Shown here piece by piece: positions 1 to 10,072 of a stretch of DNA of 64,000 nucleotides. Both the position numbers and the translations under genes were made by a program. Every line of letters starts with the position of its first letter. Within the stretch, counting starts at the first letter, position 1. The notes under the pieces were generated by a model. That model did not search any database and had not been told where the DNA came from. It saw only the letters and a program-made list of their open reading frames with translations. Origin of the DNA: a virus; IMG/VR virus record IMGVR_UViG_3300045976_000096, positions 32,001 through 96,000 of that record. One strand, 5' to 3'.

Positions 1-2
1 CC

Positions 3-290
3 CTGGCCGACGCCGGCGAGAAGGTGACGGAAAAGATGGTCGAGAACGCCGTCAAGCAAGACCCGGAATGGGCGCAGTCCAAGCTGCGTGTGATCGAAGC
101 CGAGCAGGTCGCCAACCGCAACCGCGCCTGCGTCGACTCGCTCAAGGACCGCAAGGACATGCTGGTGCAGCTGGGCGCCGACCGCCGCGAGGAAGGCAAG
201 GGCCAGGTGCGCATTCTGGAAGCGGCCGCCAGCCACGAGGACAAGCGCGCCGCCGCGATGGCGGCCCTGGCCAAGAGCCGCGGCATGTAA
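3..290 (+). CDS. 5'-truncated ORF, possible UvsY-like recombination mediator
   Basis: Frame open from the window start; helical protein lying directly upstream of SSB/exonuclease/RecA. Confidence 0.4.
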   Translation: MADAGEKVTEKMVENAVKQDPEWAQSKLRVIEAEQVANRNRACVDSLKDRKDMLVQLGADRREEGKGQVRILEAAASHEDKRAAAMAALAKSRGM

Positions 291-427
291 CGGCTATGAA
301 TGCCTCGGTTTTGGCTCGAAGTATAAGTCAGAACTGAGGTATAATAGAACTGCCCGACGATGCGAGTCTGACGGCACTGACACACAGACCCAACGAACTA
401 TCCAACCTACTTACACTGGAAACCAAA

Positions 428-1270
428 ATGGCAACTAAAGAACAGATGATGGCCGAAATGATGGCGAAGATGCTGGCGAAGAAGCAGTCGATGAAGAAGT
501 CCGAAAAGACTGTCAAGCTCGAAGTCGGCGAAAACCGCGTGGTCATCCTGCCGGGCTGGCGTGAAGGCGACCCGACGTGGTATCACGACTTCGGTCAGCA
601 CTTCATCAAGGACGAGTCGGACACCATCCAGGCCGTCTACATCTGCACCAACGCCACGTTCGAGCGCGACTGCCCCGTGTGCTCGGCCCTGGCCGCAGCC
701 ACCCGCGCCGCCGCCGACGACACCGTCACCGAAACCCTGGCAAAGGCCAAAGCCAGCCGCACCGTTCTCGTCAACGCCCTGATGCTCGACTCGAAAGAGC
801 CGAACACCCCGGTCATCCTGGAACTGAAACGCGGCATCTTCGAGCAGATCCTGGACATCGTGATCGAGTACGAAGGCAAGCCGCTCGATCCGGACGCCGC
901 GATCATCCTGAAACTGTCGCGCGAAGGCAAGGGCCTGAACACGAAGTACAGCGCCATGCCGACGGCGAGAACCCTGCGCGTGCCGCCGGCCGTTCTGGGC
1001 AAGCTGCACAACCTGGACGAGTACGTCAAGCAGGAATCGGAAGAACAGGAACGCCGTGCGGTCGGCGCCGTCAACAGCGTGGCGGGCGTGCTGGCGGCAC
1101 CGGGCACCGGTCGCGACGTGCCGAAGACCCCGGCGCTGGGTGGTCCGAAGAAGAAGGATGACGACTTCGAGGACGTGCCCGACTTCGACGCGACGCCGGC
1201 AGCTTCCCCTGTCGCCGATCCGTCGCTGGACTCCGACATCGACGCGCTGCTCGGCGAACTGCCCGAGTAA
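428..1270 (+). CDS. single-stranded DNA-binding protein, T4 gp32-like
   Basis: H-F...C...CPVC zinc motif, GLNTKY motif, very acidic C-terminal tail, replication context. Confidence 0.8.
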   Translation: MATKEQMMAEMMAKMLAKKQSMKKSEKTVKLEVGENRVVILPGWREGDPTWYHDFGQHFIKDESDTIQAVYICTNATFERDCPVCSALAAATRAAADDTVTETLAKAKASRTVLVNALMLDSKEPNTPVILELKRGIFEQILDIVIEYEGKPLDPDAAIILKLSREGKGLNTKYSAMPTARTLRVPPAVLGKLHNLDEYVKQESEEQERRAVGAVNSVAGVLAAPGTGRDVPKTPALGGPKKKDDDFEDVPDFDATPAASPVADPSLDSDIDALLGELPE

Positions 1271-1290
1271 CGCCCATCGGTGAACGATCA

Positions 1291-1318
1291 AAGAGCCGGC
1301 CGTGTGCCGGCTCTTTTT
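1291..1318 (+). terminator. intrinsic terminator-like hairpin
   Basis: AAGAGCCGGC-cgtgt-GCCGGCTCTTTTT. Confidence 0.6.
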
Positions 1319-1334
1319 CCCTTCGGAGAAGAAA

Positions 1335-2240
1335 ATGGCACAAAAAGTCCAACTCATAGACGGTAACGCGGTGGGCTATGCCGCCCAGCAGGCCACGCGC
1401 CTGTCCGCTGGCGGTCTCGACACCCAGGCCGCCTACGGCATGATCAAGACCCTGCGTGAACTGCGCCGCGAGTCGCCTAAGCACGTACCCATGTGTCTAT
1501 GGGACGGCCGCGCCGAATGGCGCTTCAAGCTGCACCCCGAGTACAAGTCCAACCGCCGCGACACGCCCGACAAGGTCGCGATGAAAGAGTCCTACGCCAA
1601 GCAGAAGCCCTACATCAATCGCCTGCTACAGCACCTCGGCGTGCGCCAGGTGCTCGCCGTCGACCGCGAAGCCGACGACCTGGCCGGCTACTTCGTCGGC
1701 AAGCTGTCGCAAGACCCGGCCAACGAAATCGAACTCGTCACCGGCGACCAGGACTGGCTGCAGCTGGTGCGCCGCAACGTCTCGTGGAAAGACCCGCGCA
1801 GCGACGCCAAGTTCGTCGACGCCAAGAATTTCTACGACAAGACCGGCTGCAAATCGCCGTTCGCCTTCCTCGAAACCAAGATTCTGACGGGTGATACCTC
1901 GGACTGCATTTCGGGCGTGGGCGGGATCGGGGAAAAGGGCGCGCCAGAATTCATCGCTGAGTTCGGGAGCGTGCGCAACTTCTGGCGCATGTGCGACAGC
2001 GGGGAATTCAAGCCGCGCCTGAAAAAGCACATCAACCTGGCGTCGAAGGAGGGGCGCGCGCTATACAAGCGCAACTTCCAGCTGATGCAGCTGCTCGCCG
2101 TGGCCCCGCCGCCCAAGGAGCAGACCCAGATCAACGCCGGCAAGTTCGACAAGGACGCCTTTGCCGCTGTGTGCGAGGAACTGGCCTTCGGCTCCATCCT
2201 GCGCAACCTCGACGAATTCGTCAAACCATTTCAAAATTAA
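1335..2240 (+). CDS. 5'-3' exonuclease / flap endonuclease (PolI N-terminal, T4 RNase H-like)
   Basis: LIDGN, YKSNR, EADD, TGDQDWLQL, GDTSD..GVGGIGEKGA (helix-hairpin-helix) motifs. Confidence 0.92.
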   Translation: MAQKVQLIDGNAVGYAAQQATRLSAGGLDTQAAYGMIKTLRELRRESPKHVPMCLWDGRAEWRFKLHPEYKSNRRDTPDKVAMKESYAKQKPYINRLLQHLGVRQVLAVDREADDLAGYFVGKLSQDPANEIELVTGDQDWLQLVRRNVSWKDPRSDAKFVDAKNFYDKTGCKSPFAFLETKILTGDTSDCISGVGGIGEKGAPEFIAEFGSVRNFWRMCDSGEFKPRLKKHINLASKEGRALYKRNFQLMQLLAVAPPPKEQTQINAGKFDKDAFAAVCEELAFGSILRNLDEFVKPFQN

Positions 2241-2249
2241 GGAACTAGC

Positions 2250-3257
2250 ATGACCGCAACCGCAGCCCAAATCGCCGCCTTCGACAAGGAGTTCGGCGGC
2301 AACGCCGAGCTGGAAGAACTGGTGTACCTGTCGTCCGGCTTTCCGCCGCTGGATTACGCCTTGTCGGGCAAATACGACGGCGGCTTCGCCTACGGGCGCA
2401 TGTACGAAATCTTCGGCGAGTCCGGCACCGGCAAGACCGCGATCGCCACCGCCGTGATGGCCCTGGCCCAGAAGATCGGCGGCTGCGCCGGCTTCATCGA
2501 TTGGGAACGCACCTTCAACGAAGACCTGGCCGTCAACGGCTACGGCCTGTCGACCGAGAAGCCGTTCTGGTTCTACAAGCGTCCGCAGACGTGGGAGGAG
2601 GGCAACACGCTGGCGGCCAAGTACTGCAAGTGGGTGCGCGAAAACAAAATCATCCCGGCCGACAAGCCGATCGTGATCGTGTACGACTCGATCGCCAGCG
2701 CGATCCCGAACTCGATGGCCGAGAAGGAATTCTCCGAATACTCGATGAACGACACGACGGCCCTGGCGCGCGTGACGTCCACCACGCTCAAGTCGATGGC
2801 CATGTTCGCCGAGCGCTTCAACGCCATCTTCATCTACCTGAACCAGATGCGCCTGAAACCGGGTGTCGTCTATGGCGACCCGCGCACCACACCGGGCGGC
2901 AAGGCGATGGAATTCTACGCCACCGGGCGCCTGGCCCTCGGCAAGGAAAAGGTGATGCAGCAGGTCGCCGGCCAGAAGGAATTCGTGGGCCAGAAGATCG
3001 GCATCCAGGTCGTCAAGACCAAGCTGACCAAGCCGTTCAAGGAAGCGTCGATGCGCATGTCCTTCGACGACATGGGCATGGCCTACTTCGACATCGAGTA
3101 CTCGCTGGTGGAAACGCTGGTCGATGCCAAGAAGCTGGAAGAAGGCCGCAAGGGCTTCTACAAGTGGAAAGGCACCGAGTATTCCAAGAAGCAGCTGGCT
3201 GAGAAGGTGCGCGCCGAAGGCCTGGTCCCGGAACTGGTCGCGATGCTGTCCAGCTGA
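2250..3257 (+). CDS. recA: RecA/UvsX-family recombinase
   Basis: GESGTGKT Walker A, YDSIA Walker B, NQMR, TPGGKAMEFYA. Confidence 0.93.
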   Translation: MTATAAQIAAFDKEFGGNAELEELVYLSSGFPPLDYALSGKYDGGFAYGRMYEIFGESGTGKTAIATAVMALAQKIGGCAGFIDWERTFNEDLAVNGYGLSTEKPFWFYKRPQTWEEGNTLAAKYCKWVRENKIIPADKPIVIVYDSIASAIPNSMAEKEFSEYSMNDTTALARVTSTTLKSMAMFAERFNAIFIYLNQMRLKPGVVYGDPRTTPGGKAMEFYATGRLALGKEKVMQQVAGQKEFVGQKIGIQVVKTKLTKPFKEASMRMSFDDMGMAYFDIEYSLVETLVDAKKLEEGRKGFYKWKGTEYSKKQLAEKVRAEGLVPELVAMLSS

Positions 3258-3307
3258 TCCTGCAACTATAATCGGTCGAGGGGCTTTCCCTCGACCGTGG
3301 AGACGAC

Positions 3308-3658
3308 ATGCAGGTTCAAGTACTGGATTTCATCCCGCCGATCGACGGCGTCGACGCCGAGTTCTCGACCATCCGCCTGGGTCACACGCTGGCCAAGCGC
3401 CTGGCGCCGGGCGACACCGTGTTCCTGATGGACGGCCGCACCAAGACCGTGTTCGGCACCGCGCGCGTGATGCGCGTCGAGACCGGCACCCTCCTGCAAC
3501 AATGTCAGGACTTCGGCGCGACCAACCACCGCGAGCTGGCGAACGATGCGGACGGCGCTGCGGACAGGTTGCTGGCCTACGTTCGCAAGCTGTTCGGACC
3601 CCATATCGCGTGCGACAATAAACGCAGTTGTGTGATCTTTTTAAAACGGTTGGAGTGA
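3308..3658 (+). CDS. hypothetical protein, possibly ASCH/PUA-like
   Basis: GGAG RBS; STIRLG...PGD.V pattern. Confidence 0.5.
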   Translation: MQVQVLDFIPPIDGVDAEFSTIRLGHTLAKRLAPGDTVFLMDGRTKTVFGTARVMRVETGTLLQQCQDFGATNHRELANDADGAADRLLAYVRKLFGPHIACDNKRSCVIFLKRLE

Positions 3659-3660
3659 CC

Positions 3661-4035
3661 ATGAGCGTTGAATTTACGGACATTCTGCAGTTGCCCAAGC
3701 ATAAGGGCAAGACGGTCCAGCAGGTGTACGACACTGAGCCGAGCTACCTGCTGTGGCTGCGTGATCAAAAGCTGGCCGGTGGGCGCAGCGACTATTTCGA
3801 CGGCGAAGTCCTGCGTGCGCTGAACAAGGCGATCGACAAGGACAAACGCCTGCTCAAGAAATTCGACAAGTGGACCGAATTGTCCGACGGGCGCTTCTCG
3901 CCGATGAAGCCGAAAGCCGACGGCACCACGCCGGCGGAAAAGAAGGACGACGAAGACGTCAAGCCGACGATGCAGGAAATCGACGACGCCCAGGCGAAAG
4001 CGCGGGCTTATTCAGGATTGTGGGGGAGCTTCTAA
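3661..4035 (+). CDS. hypothetical protein with C-terminal WGSF
   Basis: N-terminal KHKGKTVQQV...PSYLLWL (exonuclease X C-terminal-like); coupled ORF. Confidence 0.6.
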   Translation: MSVEFTDILQLPKHKGKTVQQVYDTEPSYLLWLRDQKLAGGRSDYFDGEVLRALNKAIDKDKRLLKKFDKWTELSDGRFSPMKPKADGTTPAEKKDDEDVKPTMQEIDDAQAKARAYSGLWGSF

Positions 4036-4268
4036 TGGCAAGTGTAACGCTGATGGCGCAGTACAACGTCACGCTGACCGGCCCGGAAATGCGACTGGTC
4101 TGCCTCGCGCTCGATGGGCGCATCAAGTTCGACGGCAATGGCGCCGACGCGGTCGCCGCGCGCGAGCTTGGCAACATGCTGTTCAAGGCGCGCCACACAC
4201 TGCTGGCGAACGCCGCTGCGGCGCATCAAGGTAAGCAGGAGAGCGATGAGCAAGCGCGAACAGCATAA
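4035..4268 (+). CDS. hypothetical protein
   Basis: TAATG overlap with the previous gene. Confidence 0.5.
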   Translation: MASVTLMAQYNVTLTGPEMRLVCLALDGRIKFDGNGADAVAARELGNMLFKARHTLLANAAAAHQGKQESDEQARTA

Positions 4269-4611
4269 GGTTGCGGGCAAATTCTTCGGCGTGTGGTACG
4301 AGACGGCCGGCGGCAGGAAGCTGTATCTTGGCCACCGGAAGCGCGATCAAATCTATCGCGAGAAAAACGCCTGGTGCATCGACATCTACACGCTGGAACG
4401 CTGCCGCGAAATGGGCGTCACCATGATCGGCATCCTGATCAAGGACGGCGGCACCCGGATGGTGTGGATGACCCTGGTGTCGGATTTCTTCGGGCCGCAC
4501 AGCTTCGCGCACTTCACGCGCACCCGCCAAAGGGGTCTCCCCTTGCCGTATTTCAGGATCGACCCGATGAAGTCGGAGAAATTCATCGCCAAGTCGCTCA
4601 GGATCAAATAA
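4246..4611 (+). CDS. hypothetical protein
   Basis: AGGAG RBS, phage-like codon usage. Confidence 0.6.
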   Translation: MSKREQHKVAGKFFGVWYETAGGRKLYLGHRKRDQIYREKNAWCIDIYTLERCREMGVTMIGILIKDGGTRMVWMTLVSDFFGPHSFAHFTRTRQRGLPLPYFRIDPMKSEKFIAKSLRIK

Positions 4612-4680
4612 GCAATCCTGACACATTCCTGACAAATGTTGGTATCATGTTGCTAATGATCAACGAATGAAGGGATTAAT

Positions 4681-5049
4681 ATGATGACATCAGCACTACT
4701 CTGCCTGGCCGCCGCCATCTACCACGAGGCCCGCGGCGAGCCAGAACAGGGCCAGCAGGCGGTTGCGCTGGTCACGATGAACCGGGCCGAGTGGGAGAAC
4801 AAGCGCGTGTGCCGCGAAGTCCATAAGCCGGGCCAGTATTCCTGGGTCGGCACGGGCGCGAAGCACAGCGACAAGGACGCCTGGCAGCGGGCGCGGAAGG
4901 TGGCCGCAGACGTGCTCGACGGGCGCGTCGACGATTTTACGGATGGTGCGACCTACTTCCACGCCCGCAAGGCCCGACCCAGCTGGCGGCGCAGGCTACA
5001 TTACGTGATGACCGTCGGCGGTCATCGTTTTTACAAACCTTTTGAATAA
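4681..5049 (+). CDS. SleB/Hydrolase_2-family cell wall hydrolase
   Basis: CLAAAIYHEARGEP..GQ.AVA.V..NR, QYSW, GATYFH, GGHRFY. Confidence 0.9.
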   Translation: MMTSALLCLAAAIYHEARGEPEQGQQAVALVTMNRAEWENKRVCREVHKPGQYSWVGTGAKHSDKDAWQRARKVAADVLDGRVDDFTDGATYFHARKARPSWRRRLHYVMTVGGHRFYKPFE

Positions 5050-5056
5050 GTCACAA

Positions 5057-6130
5057 ATGACTATGGAAAAGCCATTCGGCCTTATCAGCGATTCACACCA
5101 CCACGCATGGTCGGCGTTCGCCACCATCAACAGCGACGGCATTAACAGCCGGCTACAGATGATCCTGGATGAAACGCTGCGCGCCGCCACCGAAGTCAAG
5201 GCGGCCGGCGGCGACACCCTGTACCACGGCGGCGACCTGTTTCACGTCCGTGGCTCGATCGCGCCATCGGTCCTGAACCCGACCGTGGACGTCTACAGGA
5301 AGATCGTCAACGAGCTTGGCATGCGCGTGGTGATCAACGCCGGCAATCACGACCTCGAAGGCAAAGACGCGCACCGCGTTTCGTCGGCCATCACGGCGCT
5401 CGAGAATGTCGGCTGCTGGGTTGTCAACGCGCCGAACTACGGCAATTTCGACCACATGGTCGTGATCCCATGGATTCGCAACATTGACGACCTGAAAAAG
5501 GCGATCGAGGCGGTACACCCGTCCAACCGGGCCGACTGCGACCTGCTGCTGCACGCGCCGGTCGATGGCGTGATTCCCGGCCTGCCCGACCACGGTCTGA
5601 CCAGCGCATACCTGGCCAGCCTGGGCTTCCGGCGCGTGTTCAGCGGCCACTACCACCACCACAAGGAAATGGAAGGCGGCAAGGTCTACTCGATCGGCAA
5701 CCTGACGCCGCAGACCTGGAGCGACGTCGGCACCAAGGCCGGCTTCATGATCGTCAACGGCCCGGACGTCGCCTGGCGCAAGAGCCACGCGCCGGGCTTC
5801 GTCGAAATCGACAGCACCACCGACCCGGACGAAATCCCGCTGATCGTCGATGGCAACTACGTGCGCGTGAAAACCACGTCCACGAAGGTGTCCGAGCACG
5901 AAACCCTGCGCCAGTTTCTCACCGACAGCGGCGCGGCCGGCGTGACCATCGTGCCAGTGAAAGACCCGAGCGCGGCGCCCACCACGCGCGCCGGCGGCGG
6001 GATCATCAAGGCGGGAGCCACCCTGTCGCAGTCGATCGGCGATTTCATCCACGCCAAGGGCTTCGCGCGCGCGCCGGAACTGGCGGTCGTGTGCGAGGAA
6101 ATTTTGACGCATGTGAGGAGTGCAGCATGA
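5057..6130 (+). CDS. Mre11/SbcD-like metallophosphoesterase nuclease
   Basis: SDSH, GDLFH, GNHD, GHYH motifs; upstream of a Rad50-like gene. Confidence 0.9.
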   Translation: MTMEKPFGLISDSHHHAWSAFATINSDGINSRLQMILDETLRAATEVKAAGGDTLYHGGDLFHVRGSIAPSVLNPTVDVYRKIVNELGMRVVINAGNHDLEGKDAHRVSSAITALENVGCWVVNAPNYGNFDHMVVIPWIRNIDDLKKAIEAVHPSNRADCDLLLHAPVDGVIPGLPDHGLTSAYLASLGFRRVFSGHYHHHKEMEGGKVYSIGNLTPQTWSDVGTKAGFMIVNGPDVAWRKSHAPGFVEIDSTTDPDEIPLIVDGNYVRVKTTSTKVSEHETLRQFLTDSGAAGVTIVPVKDPSAAPTTRAGGGIIKAGATLSQSIGDFIHAKGFARAPELAVVCEEILTHVRSAA

Positions 6131-6330
6131 GCGCTGTTATTGAAAAGAAAGTTCTAGCCCGTGCCGCGGCCGCACTGATGGCCCAGGCCCGCGACATTGC
6201 CGGCCACAGTCAGGCGCCGCACCTGATCAGCCCGGAGGAAACCCAGGAATGGGCCGACGCCCAAGTCCTGCTGACGGCCCTGAGTGCCGTGCCGCGCGTG
6301 AAGCGCATCAAACTGTCGGTGGACGTATGA
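6127..6330 (+). CDS. hypothetical protein
   Basis: ATGA overlap. Confidence 0.5.
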   Translation: MSAVIEKKVLARAAAALMAQARDIAGHSQAPHLISPEETQEWADAQVLLTALSAVPRVKRIKLSVDV

Positions 6331-6644
6331 GCCAGGTCGGCAGCTGCATCTACACCGTCAAGCCCGGCATCAGCTGGGCCTTGATCGCGCACACCGCGCT
6401 GAACCACAGCGGCGACCGCGGCACCGGCGCCGGCGGCATCATGGCCGCGTCCGCCGACATCGCGGGCATCATCCTGGGCGGCGGCATCGACAGCCTGTTC
6501 ATCTTCCCCGATGAGCGCTTGCCGGCCGGCCTGTACCTGTGGACCGGCACGCTGGAGGAAGATGGCGCCTGCCTCGGGCGCGGCGAACGCCTGCACCCGG
6601 ACTGCATGCAGCACTGGCTCGATCATAACGGGACCACGCCATGA
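6327..6644 (+). CDS. hypothetical protein
   Basis: ATGA overlaps at both ends. Confidence 0.5.
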   Translation: MSQVGSCIYTVKPGISWALIAHTALNHSGDRGTGAGGIMAASADIAGIILGGGIDSLFIFPDERLPAGLYLWTGTLEEDGACLGRGERLHPDCMQHWLDHNGTTP

Positions 6645-7171
6645 GCAGGAAACCTATCGACTGGAGCGGGTTTGACAAGTTCAAGGAAGACTTGATCAAC
6701 AAACTGATCATGCACCACGGCATTGATGTTCGTATCAGCGATGCCAGGATGCGCAAGTTCTATTCCGGGGATTCAGGTCGACGCGAGGACTCTTATTACG
6801 CTTTTTGCTCTGCGAACGATTTTTTCGCCGATGAAATCAATGACGCCTGGGATGAAATGAAAAAGGGCTATCCCAAACTTGGCCGCGACGGCACTTGGGC
6901 GTTGATTGCCAAGGGGTTGAGCAAAGAATACATTCTCGTGACAGGATCAGCCGACATTCGTTTCTTTCATCATGAATACGGCATTGCGATATTTAACTTC
7001 GGTCTTGACGAATACAACGATGTCGGATTTTACTTGTGGCGCGGATTGGTTGAAGAAATGGACAGCCCGACCGCGTACAGCCGCGGCGTTTGCACGATTG
7101 AAAAGATCACCGGCGCCGTAGCGGACAGGTGGATCAAGAAAACCAAACCGAAAACCAAGAAGGCACAATAA
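6641..7171 (+). CDS. hypothetical protein, lower GC
   Basis: ATGA overlap; AT-richer codons; C-terminal half resembles the preceding ORF. Confidence 0.55.
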   Translation: MSRKPIDWSGFDKFKEDLINKLIMHHGIDVRISDARMRKFYSGDSGRREDSYYAFCSANDFFADEINDAWDEMKKGYPKLGRDGTWALIAKGLSKEYILVTGSADIRFFHHEYGIAIFNFGLDEYNDVGFYLWRGLVEEMDSPTAYSRGVCTIEKITGAVADRWIKKTKPKTKKAQ

Positions 7172-9117
7172 TGGACATCAAGAACCTTTCGATTACAAAT
7201 TTTCTCACCATCGGCCAGGCGGAACTGCAGCTGGACGGCCGCGGACTTCTTCTTATACAAGGCGAGAACGGCGACGACACGTCGGCCGCAAGTAATGGCG
7301 CCGGCAAGAGTTCCATCGTCGACGCCCTGTGCTGGTGCCTGTACGGCACCACCGCGCGCGACGTGGAGGGCGACGCCGTCGTCAACGCCACCGCCAAGAA
7401 GGACTGCAAGGTCGAAGTCCTGCTCGACGACGATGGCGCCGAGTACCGCATCACGCGCTACCGCAAGGACAAGGTCCACAAGAACCAGTTGTACGTCCAC
7501 AAGCAGAACGCCACCGGCGGCTGGGACGACCTGTCCAAGGGCACCGACAAGGAAACGCAGGAAGTGGTGCGCAAGGTCATGGGCTGTTCGCTGGACGTGT
7601 TCAAGGGCGCGATCTACGCGGGCCAGGAAGCGATGCCGGACCTGCCGGGCATGACCGACAAGCACCTGAAGCTGCTGATCGAAGAGGCGGCCGGGGTCGA
7701 GGAGCTGTCCGAAGCATTCACGGAAGCCTCTAAACGGGCGCTGGCGGCGAAAAAGGACTTCGATGCTGCCGGCATGCATGTCAAGTCGCTGGAACAGCGC
7801 CTGGAGGCTCTGAACGAGTCCGTGACCAACGCCGAAGCACAGCACAAGCTGTTCGAGGACGGCCGGCGCGACCGGGCGAAAGCCGAACTGGTCAAGGTTA
7901 AGCCGATCAGCGACGGGATTGCTGAAGCCAATGGCAAGCTGGCCGCTTACGATGTTCCCAAGCTGGTGGATCGGCGCCGCGACCTGAATGCGCAGCTGGC
8001 CGGTCGCAAGGCGGAAGAAAAACGTCTCGACGAACTGCAGGCGGCGCTAACTGCCACCACCCGCGCCGCCGCCGGCGCACGCGCCGCCGCCGAGCACCAG
8101 CAAGCAACCGTCAAGCGCCAGGAGCAGGAATTGGCCGACGTCGAGAGCCTGGTCGGCAAACCTTGCGGCGAGTGTGGCAAAACCTATTGCGAGCACGACC
8201 TGGACGAGGCGCGCGAAGCCAGAAAACGCACGATCGCCGCCAGCAAGGAAGAACTGCTGCTACTGCTAAAGACACTCAAGACGGTCAATGGCGAGCGCGA
8301 CAAAGCCAGTGCGGCGGTCGATACCTTCCGCGCCGGCATGACCGACGTCTCGGCCGCCGCGGCCGAACTGACGAAAATCAACGACGACCTGGCGCAAGCC
8401 CAGCGCTACACCAACGCCATCGCCACGCTGGAACGCGACATGAAGCAGGTCAACGTGGATGCGCGCGCCAAGCTGACCGAGCCGAACCCATGGGACAAGG
8501 TGGTGGCCGGCAAGCGCGAAGACCGCCAGCAGTGCGAGAACGACCTCGGCGCCGCGCAAGACCACGCGAAGAAGCTGGAAGCGGTCGCTGACCTGTTCGC
8601 TGACGCAGCGAAGGTGTTCGGCCCCGCGGGCGTCCGCGCCCACATTCTCGACACGGTGACGCCATTCTTGAACGCGCAGACCACCGAGTATCTGGGCGCG
8701 CTGGCGGACGGGAACATTCACGCGACGTGGTCCACGCTGGCGAAGACCGCGAAGGGCGACCTGAAGGAGAAGTTCAACATCGAGGTGGAGAACGACAAGG
8801 GTGGCAAGACCTTCAAGGCGCTGTCCGGTGGCGAGAAGCGCAAGGTGCGCCTGGCCGCCGCGATGGCGCTGCAGGACATGGTCGCCTCGCGCGCCGAGAA
8901 GCCGATCAACCTGTGGATTGGCGACGAAATCGACCACGCGCTCGACGAGCCGGGCCAGGAGCGTCTGATCGGCGTCCTCGAGAAGAAGGCGAAGGAGCGC
9001 GGCACCGTGTTGGTGATCAGCCACAATGCACTCACGGACTGGATCGACGATGTCATCACCGTCAAGAAAGCCGGCGGTGTGTCGATTGTTTCTGGCAGTA
9101 CCCATCGTGGCTTCTGA
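7171..9117 (+). CDS. Rad50/SbcC-like ATPase
   Basis: NGAGKSS Walker A, coiled coils with CGEC zinc hook, LSGGE signature, IGDE Walker B, ISH. Confidence 0.93.
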   Translation: MDIKNLSITNFLTIGQAELQLDGRGLLLIQGENGDDTSAASNGAGKSSIVDALCWCLYGTTARDVEGDAVVNATAKKDCKVEVLLDDDGAEYRITRYRKDKVHKNQLYVHKQNATGGWDDLSKGTDKETQEVVRKVMGCSLDVFKGAIYAGQEAMPDLPGMTDKHLKLLIEEAAGVEELSEAFTEASKRALAAKKDFDAAGMHVKSLEQRLEALNESVTNAEAQHKLFEDGRRDRAKAELVKVKPISDGIAEANGKLAAYDVPKLVDRRRDLNAQLAGRKAEEKRLDELQAALTATTRAAAGARAAAEHQQATVKRQEQELADVESLVGKPCGECGKTYCEHDLDEAREARKRTIAASKEELLLLLKTLKTVNGERDKASAAVDTFRAGMTDVSAAAAELTKINDDLAQAQRYTNAIATLERDMKQVNVDARAKLTEPNPWDKVVAGKREDRQQCENDLGAAQDHAKKLEAVADLFADAAKVFGPAGVRAHILDTVTPFLNAQTTEYLGALADGNIHATWSTLAKTAKGDLKEKFNIEVENDKGGKTFKALSGGEKRKVRLAAAMALQDMVASRAEKPINLWIGDEIDHALDEPGQERLIGVLEKKAKERGTVLVISHNALTDWIDDVITVKKAGGVSIVSGSTHRGF

Positions 9118-9766
9118 CCGGCGCGATAAAATAGATGAACGCGACTTCGTGATCATGACGGGCCGGCGTGCCGGCAAGTCAATGCTCGCGAAGATGCTCA
9201 AGCCTCGACCCGAGATTCGCGGGACCGAGGCTTCGTTCGTCATCATGGACGAATGTACCGACAGCCTTGCGTTCACCAACGAGGATTTCCGCAAACTTTA
9301 CCTGACCGATCCAATGAGCAAAGACGACACCCTGACCGAAGTCCAGCAGGAGCTGGACAAGCTGTGCGAGCGCATGACCGCCTATTTCGCCGCCGCGCCC
9401 GACATCGACATCACGACGACCCTGTCCGGCCCCGGCAACCTGACCGTGAGCGTGCCCGGCAAGGGCTACCGCAAGCGCAACCACGTCGGCGGCGAGGAAT
9501 TCGTCGCCAAGAGCGCGCGCCGCGGCGCCTCCGACAAGATCATCTTCGTGTTCAAGCCCGCCTCGGCCAGCGAATACACGGAGATGGAGATGACCGAGGT
9601 TGACGCAGCCGCCCAGCTCAATGGCGGGCGCGCGCTGCTGAACGCGGCTGCCGGCGGCGACTTCTTTGCCGAACTGCGCAATATCCGCGCCATCGGGCAA
9701 AAGCAGAAGCAGGCGCTCGAAGTGGTGGCCAAGCAGGCGACCTACCCGGACTTCGGATCGTGGTAG
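9107..9766 (+). CDS. hypothetical protein with C-terminal FGSW (start uncertain)
   Basis: Long ORF with phage codon bias; alternative ATG at 9314. Confidence 0.55.
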   Translation: MASDRRDKIDERDFVIMTGRRAGKSMLAKMLKPRPEIRGTEASFVIMDECTDSLAFTNEDFRKLYLTDPMSKDDTLTEVQQELDKLCERMTAYFAAAPDIDITTTLSGPGNLTVSVPGKGYRKRNHVGGEEFVAKSARRGASDKIIFVFKPASASEYTEMEMTEVDAAAQLNGGRALLNAAAGGDFFAELRNIRAIGQKQKQALEVVAKQATYPDFGSW

Positions 9767-10059
9767 CGCCCCTGAACTTCCCGCCGTACATCCACGAACC
9801 GTGGGGTGCGGCCGAGCCGATCAAGACCGCCATCAACAACGTCTCGTCCAATGTCGCCGGCACCCTGTCGACGCTGCACGCGGCGGTCGCCAATCTGGAG
9901 ACGCACACCGGCGTCTCTACCAGCACCGTCAGCGGCGGCCCGACGCCGGAGCAGCGCATCGCCGTCCTGGAGGCGCAGGTGCAGACCCTTTCCAAACAGG
10001 TCGAGGCGCTGACCAAGCGCCTGGCCGACATTCCTCAATCCCCGACCGGGGCCTGGTAA
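9760..10059 (+). CDS. small coiled-coil protein with C-terminal DIPQSPTGAW
   Basis: Overlaps the previous stop; heptad pattern. Confidence 0.55.
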   Translation: MVAPLNFPPYIHEPWGAAEPIKTAINNVSSNVAGTLSTLHAAVANLETHTGVSTSTVSGGPTPEQRIAVLEAQVQTLSKQVEALTKRLADIPQSPTGAW

Positions 10060-10072
10060 CACAAGGAGCAGC

